IMG/VR virus record: IMGVR_UViG_3300045988_154277
DNA: 64,000 nucleotides
Origin: a virus
Strand: one strand, 5' to 3'
Positions 47,586-57,900 of the stretch are shown here, piece by piece. Each line of letters begins with the position of its first letter. The first letter of the stretch is position 1. The notes under the pieces were generated by a model, which was not told where the DNA came from, made no database searches, and was given only the letters and a program-made list of their open reading frames with translations. The position numbers and the translations under genes were made by a program.

Positions 47586-48986
47586 ATGGCTACTATCGCT
47601 GATCTCCCGCAGATGTGGGTAGGTACCTCTGCCAATTACGAAGCTCTCGAAACCAAAGTCGCCGGTGCGATTTACTTCCTGACGGATACTCGTCAGATCG
47701 CTCGTGGCAACGTCAAGTTCTCGCAGGAAGCCCAGCTGGTTTCCGCTCTTCCGGGATCCGGTATCCGCGGATACATCTACTTCAACACCACGGATGGCAT
47801 CGCTTACATCTATACCGGTGCGGAGTTCAAGCCGATCGGTGTTGTCACCATCAGTGACATCACGGCTGCTCAGGATGCTGATGTGCCGAATGTTGGTGCG
47901 GTCAAGACCTACGTCGCCGCTCAGGTTGCAGCTGGTGTTGCCAACAAGGTCGACAAAGTCGAAGGCAAGCAGCTCTCGACTGAAGATTACACGACTGCTG
48001 AAAAGACCAAACTCGCCACCTATCCCGAGAACTATACCACGGTTACCGCTCTGATCGACAGCAAAGTCGCTTCCGTCTACAAGTACAAAGGTACGGTTGC
48101 CACGGAAGCGGAACTTCCGGAAGCGGATCAGGTCGTTGGTGACGTCTATCACGTGACCGAGAAATCGAAGGAGTTCGTGTGGGATGGTACCAAATGGGAA
48201 GAACTCGGCGGTATCGTCGATCTCTCCGGTTACTACACCAAGACTGAAACTGACAGTGCCATCGACACCAAGGTCGGTGCTGCGAAGACGGAACTGGAAG
48301 GCAAGATCGATGCCAAGGCTGCCAAAGTTGCGGATGCCACGGCAGGCAATCTCGCTGGTCTGAGCGCTGCTGGTGATCTGACCGATGCTGGCGTCAAAGC
48401 CGGTGGTGCGACTCTGAATGGTGCTCCGAATGCTCAGACTCTGGCGACTGAAGCGGCTGTCAAGGCGGCGGTTGATACCGCTGCTGGCACCAAGGTCGAC
48501 AAGGTCACTGGAACGGCGAACAACATCGTTGTCTTCGCGGCTGATGGTGCGATCGCGGACAGCTCTGTCGCAGTCAGCGTGATCGCCAGCAACACTGCGG
48601 CTATCGCGACCAAGGTTGCGAAGGTCACTACTGCGGTTGAGAACAACGTCGTCGTCTTCGGTACCGCTGGCGAAGTGAAAGACACTGGGTACAAGATCGG
48701 TGGCGATGCGTTCGCTGCTTCGAACAACAACGTTACCCTGGCGACCGAAGCTGGCGTGAAAGCCTACGTCGCTGACCTGGTTGTTGAAGGCGGTGCCACT
48801 AAGATGAACTACGTGGATGCCAGCGCTGCCAACCAGATCATCGTGGCTGACACGGATGGTGATGCGAAGGCTTCCGGCATGAAGATCGGTGGAGCGACCT
48901 TCTCCGAATCGGCTGCCGGTACCACGGTTGCCACGGAACAGGCGATCATCGACCTCCTGGCTTGGAAGACCATCCCCAACGCGTGA
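47586..48986 (+). CDS. fibrous Ala/Thr/Val/Gly-rich repeat protein (tail fiber / fibritin-like)
   Basis: 466 aa; repeated modules ...NVTLATEAGVKAYVAD... / ...AQTLATEAAVKAAVD... / ...TVATEQAIIDLLA. Confidence 0.6.
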   Translation: MATIADLPQMWVGTSANYEALETKVAGAIYFLTDTRQIARGNVKFSQEAQLVSALPGSGIRGYIYFNTTDGIAYIYTGAEFKPIGVVTISDITAAQDADVPNVGAVKTYVAAQVAAGVANKVDKVEGKQLSTEDYTTAEKTKLATYPENYTTVTALIDSKVASVYKYKGTVATEAELPEADQVVGDVYHVTEKSKEFVWDGTKWEELGGIVDLSGYYTKTETDSAIDTKVGAAKTELEGKIDAKAAKVADATAGNLAGLSAAGDLTDAGVKAGGATLNGAPNAQTLATEAAVKAAVDTAAGTKVDKVTGTANNIVVFAADGAIADSSVAVSVIASNTAAIATKVAKVTTAVENNVVVFGTAGEVKDTGYKIGGDAFAASNNNVTLATEAGVKAYVADLVVEGGATKMNYVDASAANQIIVADTDGDAKASGMKIGGATFSESAAGTTVATEQAIIDLLAWKTIPNA

Positions 48987-49009
48987 TCTACGCTTTGAAC
49001 TGACAACTT

Positions 49010-49045
49010 GATAAGGGTGGGTGGGTCATCCCACCCACCCTTATC
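49010..49045 (+). terminator. hairpin terminator (16-bp perfect stem)
   Basis: gataagggtgggtggg-tcat-cccacccacccttatc. Confidence 0.65.
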
Positions 49046-49066
49046 ATATCAATAAGGATAACCAAT

Positions 49067-51385
49067 ATGGCAACTATACAGGATGTGTTTTCTCACATCT
49101 ATACCACAGAGGCTCACCTTGGTGATGTTGCTGTCAAGAACGGACAGATCATCCTCTGCGTCGACAGTGAGAAACTTTACATCGACCACGGAACGACCCG
49201 TGTCAGTACCTCTGATGTTGTCTATGTCGAGAACGAAGCAGCTCTTCCGCTCGCTCCACTCGACAAGTTCTACATCACGCAGGATACTGGTGATATCTTC
49301 TTCTATCTGAATGGTGAGTGGAAGAAACTAAATGATACATTCAGAGACTACACTGCATTCGAAGTCTATGCGAATGATACGATTATCTCTCCTGGAGAAC
49401 ATGCTGAACTTGGTACAATCACAGTTGAAATCCCTGTTCAGATGACCGAGACGTTCGCTCTTCGTACCACAACTCCTGAAGCCGACAGTGATGTTGTTAT
49501 CGATTGGGGAGATGGTACGGTCCAGAAGGTGAAAGACGGTGAACACGGTGGGTACACTGGACCAGATGGAGAAGGTCGTTACATCGCCAAGATGACCCAC
49601 ACCTATGCTGCTACTGGTAAGTATGTGGTGAAGGTGTATGGTAAGGATTATTTCTGCTTATCGCATGCTCCAAGTCATGTATCGGATGCATCCAACATGC
49701 AGTGTCGAATCTTGGCGGATGATCTTCCGATCGCCAGTCATCTCACCAACCTCACAGCATTCGCTTACGGTACTTTAAAACTGGTTACGGTACAGTGTGC
49801 TTCTTACAAGTATCTGCACCGTACGACGAACCATGCTCAGATGTTCACCAACGACAAGAACCTGCTGAGTGTCACTGGGTTCGAAGATCTTGTGATGATC
49901 AGCCGTGGAGCGGAAGGTTGCTTCCAGTTCTGTGAGAACATGCACACTTGCGATTTTAACGGTGTGTTGTGCTCGAACAACCCACGTGCGATGTATGCGA
50001 TGTTCCAGAACTGCTATGCTCTGTCTGTGGACATCGGGAAGTTCTTCCCGACGAAATTCGTCTCGAGAGCATTGAACTTCACGAATACATTCACCCACAT
50101 GCATGCGATGACTGGTACGATTGATCCGAACCAGTTTTGGGGTGACCCGAATATCGACTGGCAAGGGTTCTCCAACTGTTTCTACGGATGTCCTGAGGCG
50201 ATCCGCAGTCAAGTTCCCACGTCTTGGGGTGGTACTTCTTCTACTGAGATCGTTGGCGATCTTCCCGTTGCGAAACTCTCTCTGAACGGTACTCTTCCGA
50301 ACACCGCCAACGGTCTTCTGATGCTGAATGCATCTGGTAAGGTTGACAGCTCGTTCCTACCTCCGCAGGCTGCTGTCAACATCGACAACTACACTTCCAA
50401 CAACACGATCAAGCTGACCAGTACAGCTGGTGCTGTGGATCTGATCTCCAACACTGGGGAAGTTGGACTGTACAGTGGAAGCACATCCCACATCAAAGCC
50501 AACGTCGATACGATCGAGCTGACCGCTACAACCCTGTCGTTCAATGGAAACGATCAGAATGTTGCGGGTGGTATCGCTGTAATCGACAAAAGTACTGGTA
50601 AGCTCCCAGAGTCGATCCTCCCTGAAATTGCTGGTACTGATCTTTCTAACTATGTCGGAGGCGTTGACATCACAGCAACTGGTGCTACGTACATTCGTAA
50701 CGGCCAAACTGGTGATTACGCACTGTTGATTGGTATGGATCAGTATTACGGTCTCAACATAACCAACACATCGTCGAAAGAGATCACACTAGCAGCTACG
50801 CTTGATGGTGAAGGAACGATTAATTTGGTCGCTCCAACACTTAAAATGAAGACGACACTGACTGGTACACATTTCTTTGCCTACGACGCAGACCATATTT
50901 CAGTTATACACGGTACTGAAGTTGATCTGACTGGAGGATCATCGTCGCTTTCTATACACAACGGACTCAGTATGATTGTGGCAAAAGGTGGTTTTGGTAT
51001 TAATGCATCAGGGAAGAACATCCTTCTGACCTGTGATCAGTTGTACCTTAATAACCATAGACTCAACTCAGCCAACGGCTTGGTTCAGTTGAACGACAGT
51101 GGTAAGGTTCCGACGAATCTGCTTCCTGAGATGTCGCAGTCTTGGACCAAACAAACGATCAGCCAGTCCAGCTTCACTACCGACGACAGTACGTACGGTG
51201 GGAAGTACATGGAACTGAATGGGATCTGTTCTGTGGAAGTTTATGATGCTGACGGATACAAAGTTGAGTTCGATGTGAAATGTGATTTCACAGGAAACAA
51301 GACTCGGATCTACATCCCGTCTGGTCTCACCGCTGACACCATCAGCAACTGGACTCTTCTCTATCTGGCGAAGACGATCGCCTAA
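49067..51385 (+). CDS. tail fiber-like protein (772 aa) with repeated 'L..LD..GK(V/L)P..LLPE' segments
   Basis: Repeats LLMLNASGKVDSSFLPPQ, IAVIDKSTGKLPESILPE, LVQLNDSGKVPTNLLPE also present in the C-terminal region of 54968..58507. Confidence 0.6.
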   Translation: MATIQDVFSHIYTTEAHLGDVAVKNGQIILCVDSEKLYIDHGTTRVSTSDVVYVENEAALPLAPLDKFYITQDTGDIFFYLNGEWKKLNDTFRDYTAFEVYANDTIISPGEHAELGTITVEIPVQMTETFALRTTTPEADSDVVIDWGDGTVQKVKDGEHGGYTGPDGEGRYIAKMTHTYAATGKYVVKVYGKDYFCLSHAPSHVSDASNMQCRILADDLPIASHLTNLTAFAYGTLKLVTVQCASYKYLHRTTNHAQMFTNDKNLLSVTGFEDLVMISRGAEGCFQFCENMHTCDFNGVLCSNNPRAMYAMFQNCYALSVDIGKFFPTKFVSRALNFTNTFTHMHAMTGTIDPNQFWGDPNIDWQGFSNCFYGCPEAIRSQVPTSWGGTSSTEIVGDLPVAKLSLNGTLPNTANGLLMLNASGKVDSSFLPPQAAVNIDNYTSNNTIKLTSTAGAVDLISNTGEVGLYSGSTSHIKANVDTIELTATTLSFNGNDQNVAGGIAVIDKSTGKLPESILPEIAGTDLSNYVGGVDITATGATYIRNGQTGDYALLIGMDQYYGLNITNTSSKEITLAATLDGEGTINLVAPTLKMKTTLTGTHFFAYDADHISVIHGTEVDLTGGSSSLSIHNGLSMIVAKGGFGINASGKNILLTCDQLYLNNHRLNSANGLVQLNDSGKVPTNLLPEMSQSWTKQTISQSSFTTDDSTYGGKYMELNGICSVEVYDADGYKVEFDVKCDFTGNKTRIYIPSGLTADTISNWTLLYLAKTIA

Positions 51386-51398
51386 AGAAGCAGAGCTC

Positions 51399-51431
51399 AG
51401 TAGAGGTGAGACTTAACCTCTCACCTCTACT
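51399..51431 (+). terminator. hairpin terminator
   Basis: agtagaggtgag-acttaac-ctcacctctact then agtttatacg. Confidence 0.6.
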
Positions 51432-51457
51432 AGTTTATACGTCTAAGGAGACTGAAT

Positions 51458-51892
51458 ATGGCTAATTATATCGATATGCAAGTGTTGGCTGATGCCAAGG
51501 TCTCTAAGATCGCACAGCCCACACTGAAACTGAAGAGCACAGGAGTCACGATCCTTCCAGGGATGGACGGTGCAGCTTCTGCTGGTCTTCGGTATCTCAA
51601 TGGATCTTGGGAGTACAACAACGGATCCGCTTGGGTTGCTCTCTCTCCTGAGAACGGAACACTTCCATCTACTCAGGTGATCCAGATCACAGCATCGAAT
51701 CTCGTGAACGGAGTTGCAACGATCCAGCACAACCTGGGTAAGGTTCCGTTCGGGTTGGATGTGTCCGTCACTCCGAAAGCGATCACGTACGTTGACAACA
51801 ACACGATGACGTTGGATTTCAGCGATCAGGCGACTGGGTTCACTGGAGCATCCGTGTGGTTCATCGGTAGTCAACAGAGTATGCTGGTTTAA
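51458..51892 (+). CDS. small protein of the 'ITHNLG...YVD.NT..LDYS...VWF..SKQSML' module family (member 1)
   Basis: 144 aa; C-terminal 75-aa module shared with 51903..52376 and 52366..54099. Confidence 0.6.
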   Translation: MANYIDMQVLADAKVSKIAQPTLKLKSTGVTILPGMDGAASAGLRYLNGSWEYNNGSAWVALSPENGTLPSTQVIQITASNLVNGVATIQHNLGKVPFGLDVSVTPKAITYVDNNTMTLDFSDQATGFTGASVWFIGSQQSMLV

Positions 51893-51902
51893 GGAGGTAC
51901 AC

Positions 51903-52376
51903 ATGAAACAAGTTATCTCTCATAACACCAGAGATCTAACGATCGGTGGTATCATCGATCAGGATCAACTTAAGATCGGTACAACAGGTGGTTCCATCGC
52001 TGGGATCTTTTTCGATACCGGCAAAGAGAACTTCCCTGGGATCCGTTACAACAAAGAGACGTCTCAATGGGAGTCCTCTGTGGACGGTACCACTTGGAAG
52101 ACGTTCGCACAGGAAGGTGCTGTTCCGTATGAAGTGATCAACATTACATCCACGGAATTAACTAGTGGGGTTGCTACGATCACACACAATCTTGGGGTTA
52201 GATACCCCATCGGTCTTGGGTTTACTATAGTTCCAGATGGGATTGAATATGTGGATACCAACACTCTTAAGCTTGATTACAGCAGTCATACTCTCCGCGA
52301 CTTCCATGCCCAAGTGTGGTTTTACAACAGTAAGCAGAGTATGCTTACAGGAGGATCTAGCTCCAATGAAGCCTAA
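51903..52376 (+). CDS. module-family member 2
   Basis: 157 aa; DQDQLKIG and SVDGTTWKTF motifs plus C-terminal module. Confidence 0.6.
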   Translation: MKQVISHNTRDLTIGGIIDQDQLKIGTTGGSIAGIFFDTGKENFPGIRYNKETSQWESSVDGTTWKTFAQEGAVPYEVINITSTELTSGVATITHNLGVRYPIGLGFTIVPDGIEYVDTNTLKLDYSSHTLRDFHAQVWFYNSKQSMLTGGSSSNEA

Positions 52377-54099
52377 TGCAGATATGATAACGAAGGTCTT
52401 GCACAACTTCCGTGTGAACGGTAAGTTCGACCAGGACCAACTGATCATCGGGCGTGGTGTGTATGAACAACTGCAACTGATGATCCAGGAGGGTAGTGAA
52501 GGTGTCGCTACCCTTACATTTGACAATAAGACGTTCTACCGTCGACCGGATCTCGATAAGTATCTGGTGGATGGATGTACGCTCGCGTACGGTGATACAC
52601 TCACTGGTAACCCAACAGCTACACTGTATCGTGGTAGTGAAACCTGGTGTGGTGAGAACTGGTTCGATCCTGAAATGCAGATCGGCAACGACACACCAAC
52701 ATGGGAAGCGACAGGTGGAACCGCTGATAGTCCAGAAGGAACTACTTGGGGTTCCATCTATGACTCTGAAAAGACATTGGTGAGCACATACACCGTTACT
52801 GGAGGAAGTGATCCAATCGGGATTCGGTACACTCCCAGTGTAGCTGGAGAGCGTACGTTCACGATACTCGGGACGACCGATCACCCCGTATTCGATGAGA
52901 CTGTCACACTGTATCCTTACGAGAAACCAGTGAATGATTTTACCAACAGTTGGGTTCTCGCTGAGGAGGATGTGATCTGGATCTCTGATAAATTCACTGA
53001 TCCGGATTTCCCTGGTACCAGATACATCATGTATATTGGAGGCGCCAATGGACCGATGCCGAATCAATGGAGAATCCACACGATCGGTAGTTCGGATGAT
53101 GGAGTTTACGGTGTTGATTGGACTGGTACGAACACTCCTGATTTCCTTGGTGCGCAGGAGAATGTCACCTGGAGCAATGGAGAAGCTTCTGCTTATCCGG
53201 AGACTGTGGATGACTGGTCCACGTCTGGTTATCAGGGTGTTCAGCCAGAATCGTTCAGTATGTCGAACACCGAAGGATCTGATGCTAAACTCGAATACAC
53301 GAACGATGGTACCACTTGGTATCCATTCGGAGGATCTGGTTCTGCAGGGATCACCTATGAGCCGATCGAGTTCACTGGTGATGACCTGCAAGATGATGGT
53401 ACGATCCATATCCAACACGACTTCAACAACAAAAATGTGCTGTGTCTTGGGTGTACCCCACAACCCAAAGAAATCACCTATCTGGACAACAAAATAGTCC
53501 TGGATTACAGTGATCAAAACAGCTCTAATCTTGTTGGTGCTGTTTGGTTCGTAAATAGCAAACAAGAGATGTTGGTAGTTCCTGTAGCACCAGAACCAAG
53601 GAATGTTCCTGAGAATTTGACATCAAACACATCGGATAAGAACTGGTCTATTATGAAGACCTCTGTGAATCCGAGTAATCCGAACGAAGGGCTCGAAAGT
53701 GATGATCCTGAGATGTTCCAGATGTTCGACAATGATGTGTCGACTGGATGTACGTTCTCTGGATCTGCAGGATCTCTCTATCGCTGGAATAGGAGTGACT
53801 TAACTCCTATTAAACCAGAGAAGCTCTATGTCAAACAAGGTGACTTCTTGGATCTTGGTGCTGTTGCGGACGGCATGATGTTGTTCGTTTATGCATCGAA
53901 CACCAAGGTCACTAGCCCGTATGAGACAGGTTCTCTGACTGAGATCGCCAATCACATGGGCGGTGCAGCTGGAACTTACGAGATCGACCTCTCCAGTAAC
54001 AGCCAATCGTTCATCTACTGGTACGTGATGATGGTGAACGCAGAAACCGGAACGATCTACGAGATCGCGGAAGATCCCATCGGGGGGGGGGGTAATTGA
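52366..54099 (+). CDS. module-family member 3 (expanded, receptor-binding-like), ends at the G11 tract
   Basis: ORF track 52237..54099, start at aggaggatctagctccaATG (MKPNADM); contains DQDQLIIG, LEYTNDGTTWYPF and the shared module; terminates ...PIGGGGN* in the G tract. Confidence 0.6.
   Translation: MKPNADMITKVLHNFRVNGKFDQDQLIIGRGVYEQLQLMIQEGSEGVATLTFDNKTFYRRPDLDKYLVDGCTLAYGDTLTGNPTATLYRGSETWCGENWFDPEMQIGNDTPTWEATGGTADSPEGTTWGSIYDSEKTLVSTYTVTGGSDPIGIRYTPSVAGERTFTILGTTDHPVFDETVTLYPYEKPVNDFTNSWVLAEEDVIWISDKFTDPDFPGTRYIMYIGGANGPMPNQWRIHTIGSSDDGVYGVDWTGTNTPDFLGAQENVTWSNGEASAYPETVDDWSTSGYQGVQPESFSMSNTEGSDAKLEYTNDGTTWYPFGGSGSAGITYEPIEFTGDDLQDDGTIHIQHDFNNKNVLCLGCTPQPKEITYLDNKIVLDYSDQNSSNLVGAVWFVNSKQEMLVVPVAPEPRNVPENLTSNTSDKNWSIMKTSVNPSNPNEGLESDDPEMFQMFDNDVSTGCTFSGSAGSLYRWNRSDLTPIKPEKLYVKQGDFLDLGAVADGMMLFVYASNTKVTSPYETGSLTEIANHMGGAAGTYEIDLSSNSQSFIYWYVMMVNAETGTIYEIAEDPIGGGGN
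54082..54092 (+). repeat. G11 homopolymer followed by TAAT at gene end, candidate slippage site
   Basis: cGGGGGGGGGGGtaat; -1 G fuses 52366..54099 to the downstream frame. Confidence 0.8.
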
Positions 54100-54478
54100 C
54101 CCTGAAGAACCACCCGACAACGTCGTTGTAACAAGCCCCATCTACGTCAGTGGTAGTCACCCAACACAAGTGAACTGTGATGGAACGTATGAGACCTACG
54201 ATGGTTCAGCTGCTTCTACAGCAGCTCCCTCCGGTTCAACGACTGTTGCAGTGTACTTCACGATGGGTGGTGGATTCCAAATCACAATAATCCAAAACAA
54301 CACTTCAGGGGAAGTTACATTCTATCTGATGGATGTCAGTTCTCAGATGAATGATGCTGTTGTTTATTTCGTTGGGCATCCTTCTGATACCAGTACGAAC
54401 CATTATGACCCGACGCAAGCTGTCTGGTCACTTGGACAGTATGGTACCGATCCTATCCCAACGATCAGTTTGGAATAA
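54093..54478 (+). CDS. downstream extension frame of 52366..54099 (open back through the G tract; GTG start in ORF track at 54170)
   Basis: Frame open from well upstream through G tract: ...SGGGVIDPEEPPDNVVVTSPIYVSGSHPTQVNCDGTYETYDG...TISLE*. Confidence 0.35.
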
Positions 54479-54841
54479 CCGGTTAAAACCGGATCATTTG
54501 ACGTTGCTGGAGCAGGGACGGCTGGAGTTGATGGTATCTACTACGAGGTACCACATGATCAATATCTGAATTACATCCCGTCATACTTGCCGATCGACGA
54601 AGTATACCGGATCTACACCAACGGGACTTATATGCTCTTGGTGTATGTGTATTCGACCTCTGGTCCGCAGTACAAATTCGGCATATTGAATAACGGTGGA
54701 GATTGGTATATGGAAGAGCTCTACACTAGCAGAAGCTGGTTTACTCATCTGGACGCTGTATCCGTCGTTGGAACATCAACTGTCAATGGTACTGCTCCGG
54801 CACCTACCGTTACTCAGATAAATACAGCATCGGAGGTATGA
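54479..54841 (+). CDS. second extension segment, same frame as 54093..54478, separated only by one TAA (54476-54478)
   Basis: Frame open immediately after the TAA: PVKTGSFDVAGAGTAGVDGIYYEVPHDQ...; ORF track reports it only from a TTG at 54587. Confidence 0.3.
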   Translation, partial: PVKTGSFDVAGAGTAGVDGIYYEVPHDQYLNYIPSYLPIDEVYRIYTNGTYMLLVYVYSTSGPQYKFGILNNGGDWYMEELYTSRSWFTHLDAVSVVGTSTVNGTAPAPTVTQINTASEV

Positions 54842-54875
54842 TCAAGTAACTTCGATGTCTGAATCGTAGATTGAT

Positions 54876-54915
54876 ATGCTTGATCTAGGAGGTTCAACAC
54901 CCCTAGATCAAGCAT
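54876..54915 (+). terminator. hairpin terminator (14-bp stem)
   Basis: atgcttgatctagg-aggttcaacacc-cctagatcaagcat. Confidence 0.55.
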
Positions 54916-54967
54916 GCTATGATTACTTGAAATCTCTTCAATTCTACAACTAGGAGTAATAAAAAAC

Positions 54968-57900
54968 ATGAAAGATCAGGCATCTCTGAATCTTCTGATC
55001 GTGGATACCCCGATCGACGGTAAGGCACTGGAAGGGCATCTCATGCTCCGTGCCACATCGGACGGGTTGAAGCTCTACGACAATACAGGTGTTGAAACAC
55101 CGATCGGTGGAGAAGTGGATGAAACACGACTTCTACCCACTGGAGCGAAAGATGGAGACCTCCTGATAAAGAGCGCGGAGATCGTTGGTAATGATTACAA
55201 CGACGGTCACACTGTGCTTTTTATTCAAGGGAGCGCCTCCAATGCCGCTGCAGCAGATTCCCCGCTTCCGGTTACTTGGAACAACCAACCGGCTGTTCAA
55301 GAAGATAATACTCTGCTTCTCACTGGAAGTACGCAGTTGTCCACAGCCAGTGCTCCCGAAGTCAAACGCGTCTTCGGCGGTGAATTTACCGTGGAAGCTT
55401 ACTTGAAACCGACTCAGTTCAACAACACAAGTCGGCAAGATACCAATTTCTTTTATCTGAATGGTCCGAGTACCTACTACATATATCTCAGCAACTACAA
55501 TAATTCTGGCAATGCGGAGAATGGGAAGTTCGGTCTCTGGGTATATTCTGGTAACCGACAGATCACTCTCAACAACGAGGAGTTCCACCATGTAGCACTC
55601 GATGTGTACATGGAAGGTACGACCAGGAAGTACACGATCTATTACGACGGCGTTGCTGTTCAGACCGATACCTGGTACAATGATGGAGTTGCTGATAGCA
55701 CCAATGCTATCATCCGGTTCTTCTCGAACAGCGATGGCGCGGAGCTGAACAACTGCTACCTGAAATCCATCCGAGTGTCCGATATCGCTCGTTACAAGGG
55801 CAAGTCTTTCACTCCTCCGGCCAATGGTCTTTATCTTCCGGCTCCCGATGGGGAATGGATCACGATCAACCGTTCCAATTTTGTGGAACAGACTGATCAC
55901 AAACTCAACCCGGAACCAACCACTGTTGAAGAGGCCAAGTACGGTTTCTCTCCCGCACTGAAGAAGGATGCCGAAACCAAGACATTCGCTTACGAAATGC
56001 CTTCCAAGGCGAATGATGTTCCGGCGGATTCTACGTTGCAGCTGAACGATTCCGGTACTCCGGTGTTCGTGGAGGCTGAGAAAGTTCTTCTCAGCGATGC
56101 CAAAAGCACCAAACTGAATCAGCTTGACGTGGTCCGTCAGCTTCCGGCAAGTCCGGCAGACAATGTCACTCCTGTTTATAAGAAGCAGGATGTGATCGGA
56201 GCCATGTACAACGACTCTAAAGTCGTCGTACTGCTGCAGGGGTCAAAGGTAAACATCGCCAAGAATGCCGCTTTCCAGTTGACGGGTGGGGATGATGTTA
56301 CCGTTGACAGTGATGGCAATCTTGTCTTCAACCGTGGTAACGGCATTATCGTTCCTGCTGGTAAATTTAACAATGAAGACAATGGTCAGTTTACTGTCGA
56401 CATCATGGTTGCTGTCGACCAGTTGCCATCCGATAGACTTTACGAGTATATTCTCGGTAACGACAACAGTCCTATCTATCCGTTCAACTATCGTGTGTTC
56501 AACGACGGTACAGTGCGGTTCCAGTACCAGAACACGAGTCACTACATCCAGATCGAACAGGGCATCTTTACTCTGTTGAGTTTCGATTACGATGGAACGA
56601 CTCTGCGTTCTTACAAGGATGGAGTTCTGGTTGGTGCACAGGATATGACCTACAGTGCATTCCCGAACGTCATCGGCATCGGCACTGACCAATACTACCA
56701 GCATACTGGATTTGCTGGTCGGATCAAATATATCCGGATGTCAAATATCGCTCGGTACAGAGGTCAAACGTTTACCCCTCCTGGTCTGGCTGGATACGTT
56801 ACTCCGCCGGATGGTGAATGGGTTACCACGCCTGCAATCGGAGACAATCGCCTTCTTCCGAACAATCCGACGAACGGCGATATTCCGGTATATACCAACG
56901 ATTTCGACAGGTCCAACTTCAATACGACGGATACCGTTTGCTTGCTCCAGAACGCAGGCTTGAATCAATTCGAGAACGTTGCCAAAGGAAAGATCGGCGG
57001 AAGTCGGATCAACAACTATGGTGGAAGCGTCACCATCGATGAAAATGGATACTTCGTGTATCCTGGTGGTTCCGGAACCCGGATCGAATTCATCGATTCT
57101 GGATGGAACGCCAGTGGCAATGGAGACTGGACGCTCGATGTTCGCATGATCGCTGAAGCGACCGGCAGTTCGCAGTATTTCCTCGGACCAGCCAACGACG
57201 GAAGCGGTGACCCACAAGCTGTTATCAGAGGTAGCGGAACCACTGGAACGATCCAGCCGTACGAGATCAGCGACATGATTCACGATATTACGTTCGGCGA
57301 AGAGTTCACTTACTCGATGGCATGGGAAGCTGCTACCAAGACTCTGCGTACCTGGAAAGATGGTAAGCAGATGCGGAAGAAGACGTTCACCAGTAACGGA
57401 TATCAGTTCGGCTTCAAGGGAGCCACTGAGTTCTGGCTTGGACGGAATGCAGTCGACCCTGGTCTCAAAGGTAAAGTTAAGTATTGGCGGTTGTCCAACG
57501 CCGCGCTTTACGGTGACAGTGAATTCACCCCTCCAACGGATGTTTATCAGGATGCTCCTGATGGCGCATGGGAACTGGTGAACAAATCCGAAATCGGCGG
57601 AGGAGGAATCTCTGAGATCGCAGTTGGAACAGGTCTGAGTGGGACAGGGATCACTTCCGACCCGCTCAATCTGAATATTGCCAACTACACATCTCAATCA
57701 ACCATCAGTCTTTCTTCAACTGAGGGTAGTGTTAATCTTGCTGGTCACAACTCCGTTAATTTGCAAGAAACATTCGGTAACAAACTGACTTTGGCAGAAC
57801 GAGGGATTGTCATCACCACCGCATCTGGTGCTGATGTGTTGTTGAATGAGCACGCATCAAATTCACCCGGTGGTTTTGTGATCCTTGACAACACTGGAAA

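Noticed and set aside
56741-57697. 318-aa minus-strand ORF and similar long antisense ORFs (52357..53565, 46753..47571, 33770..34714, 16529..17416, 13564..14340, 14344..14883)
   Set aside because: All lie inside longer plus-strand genes with better starts, RBSs and motif content. They are treated as shadow ORFs.
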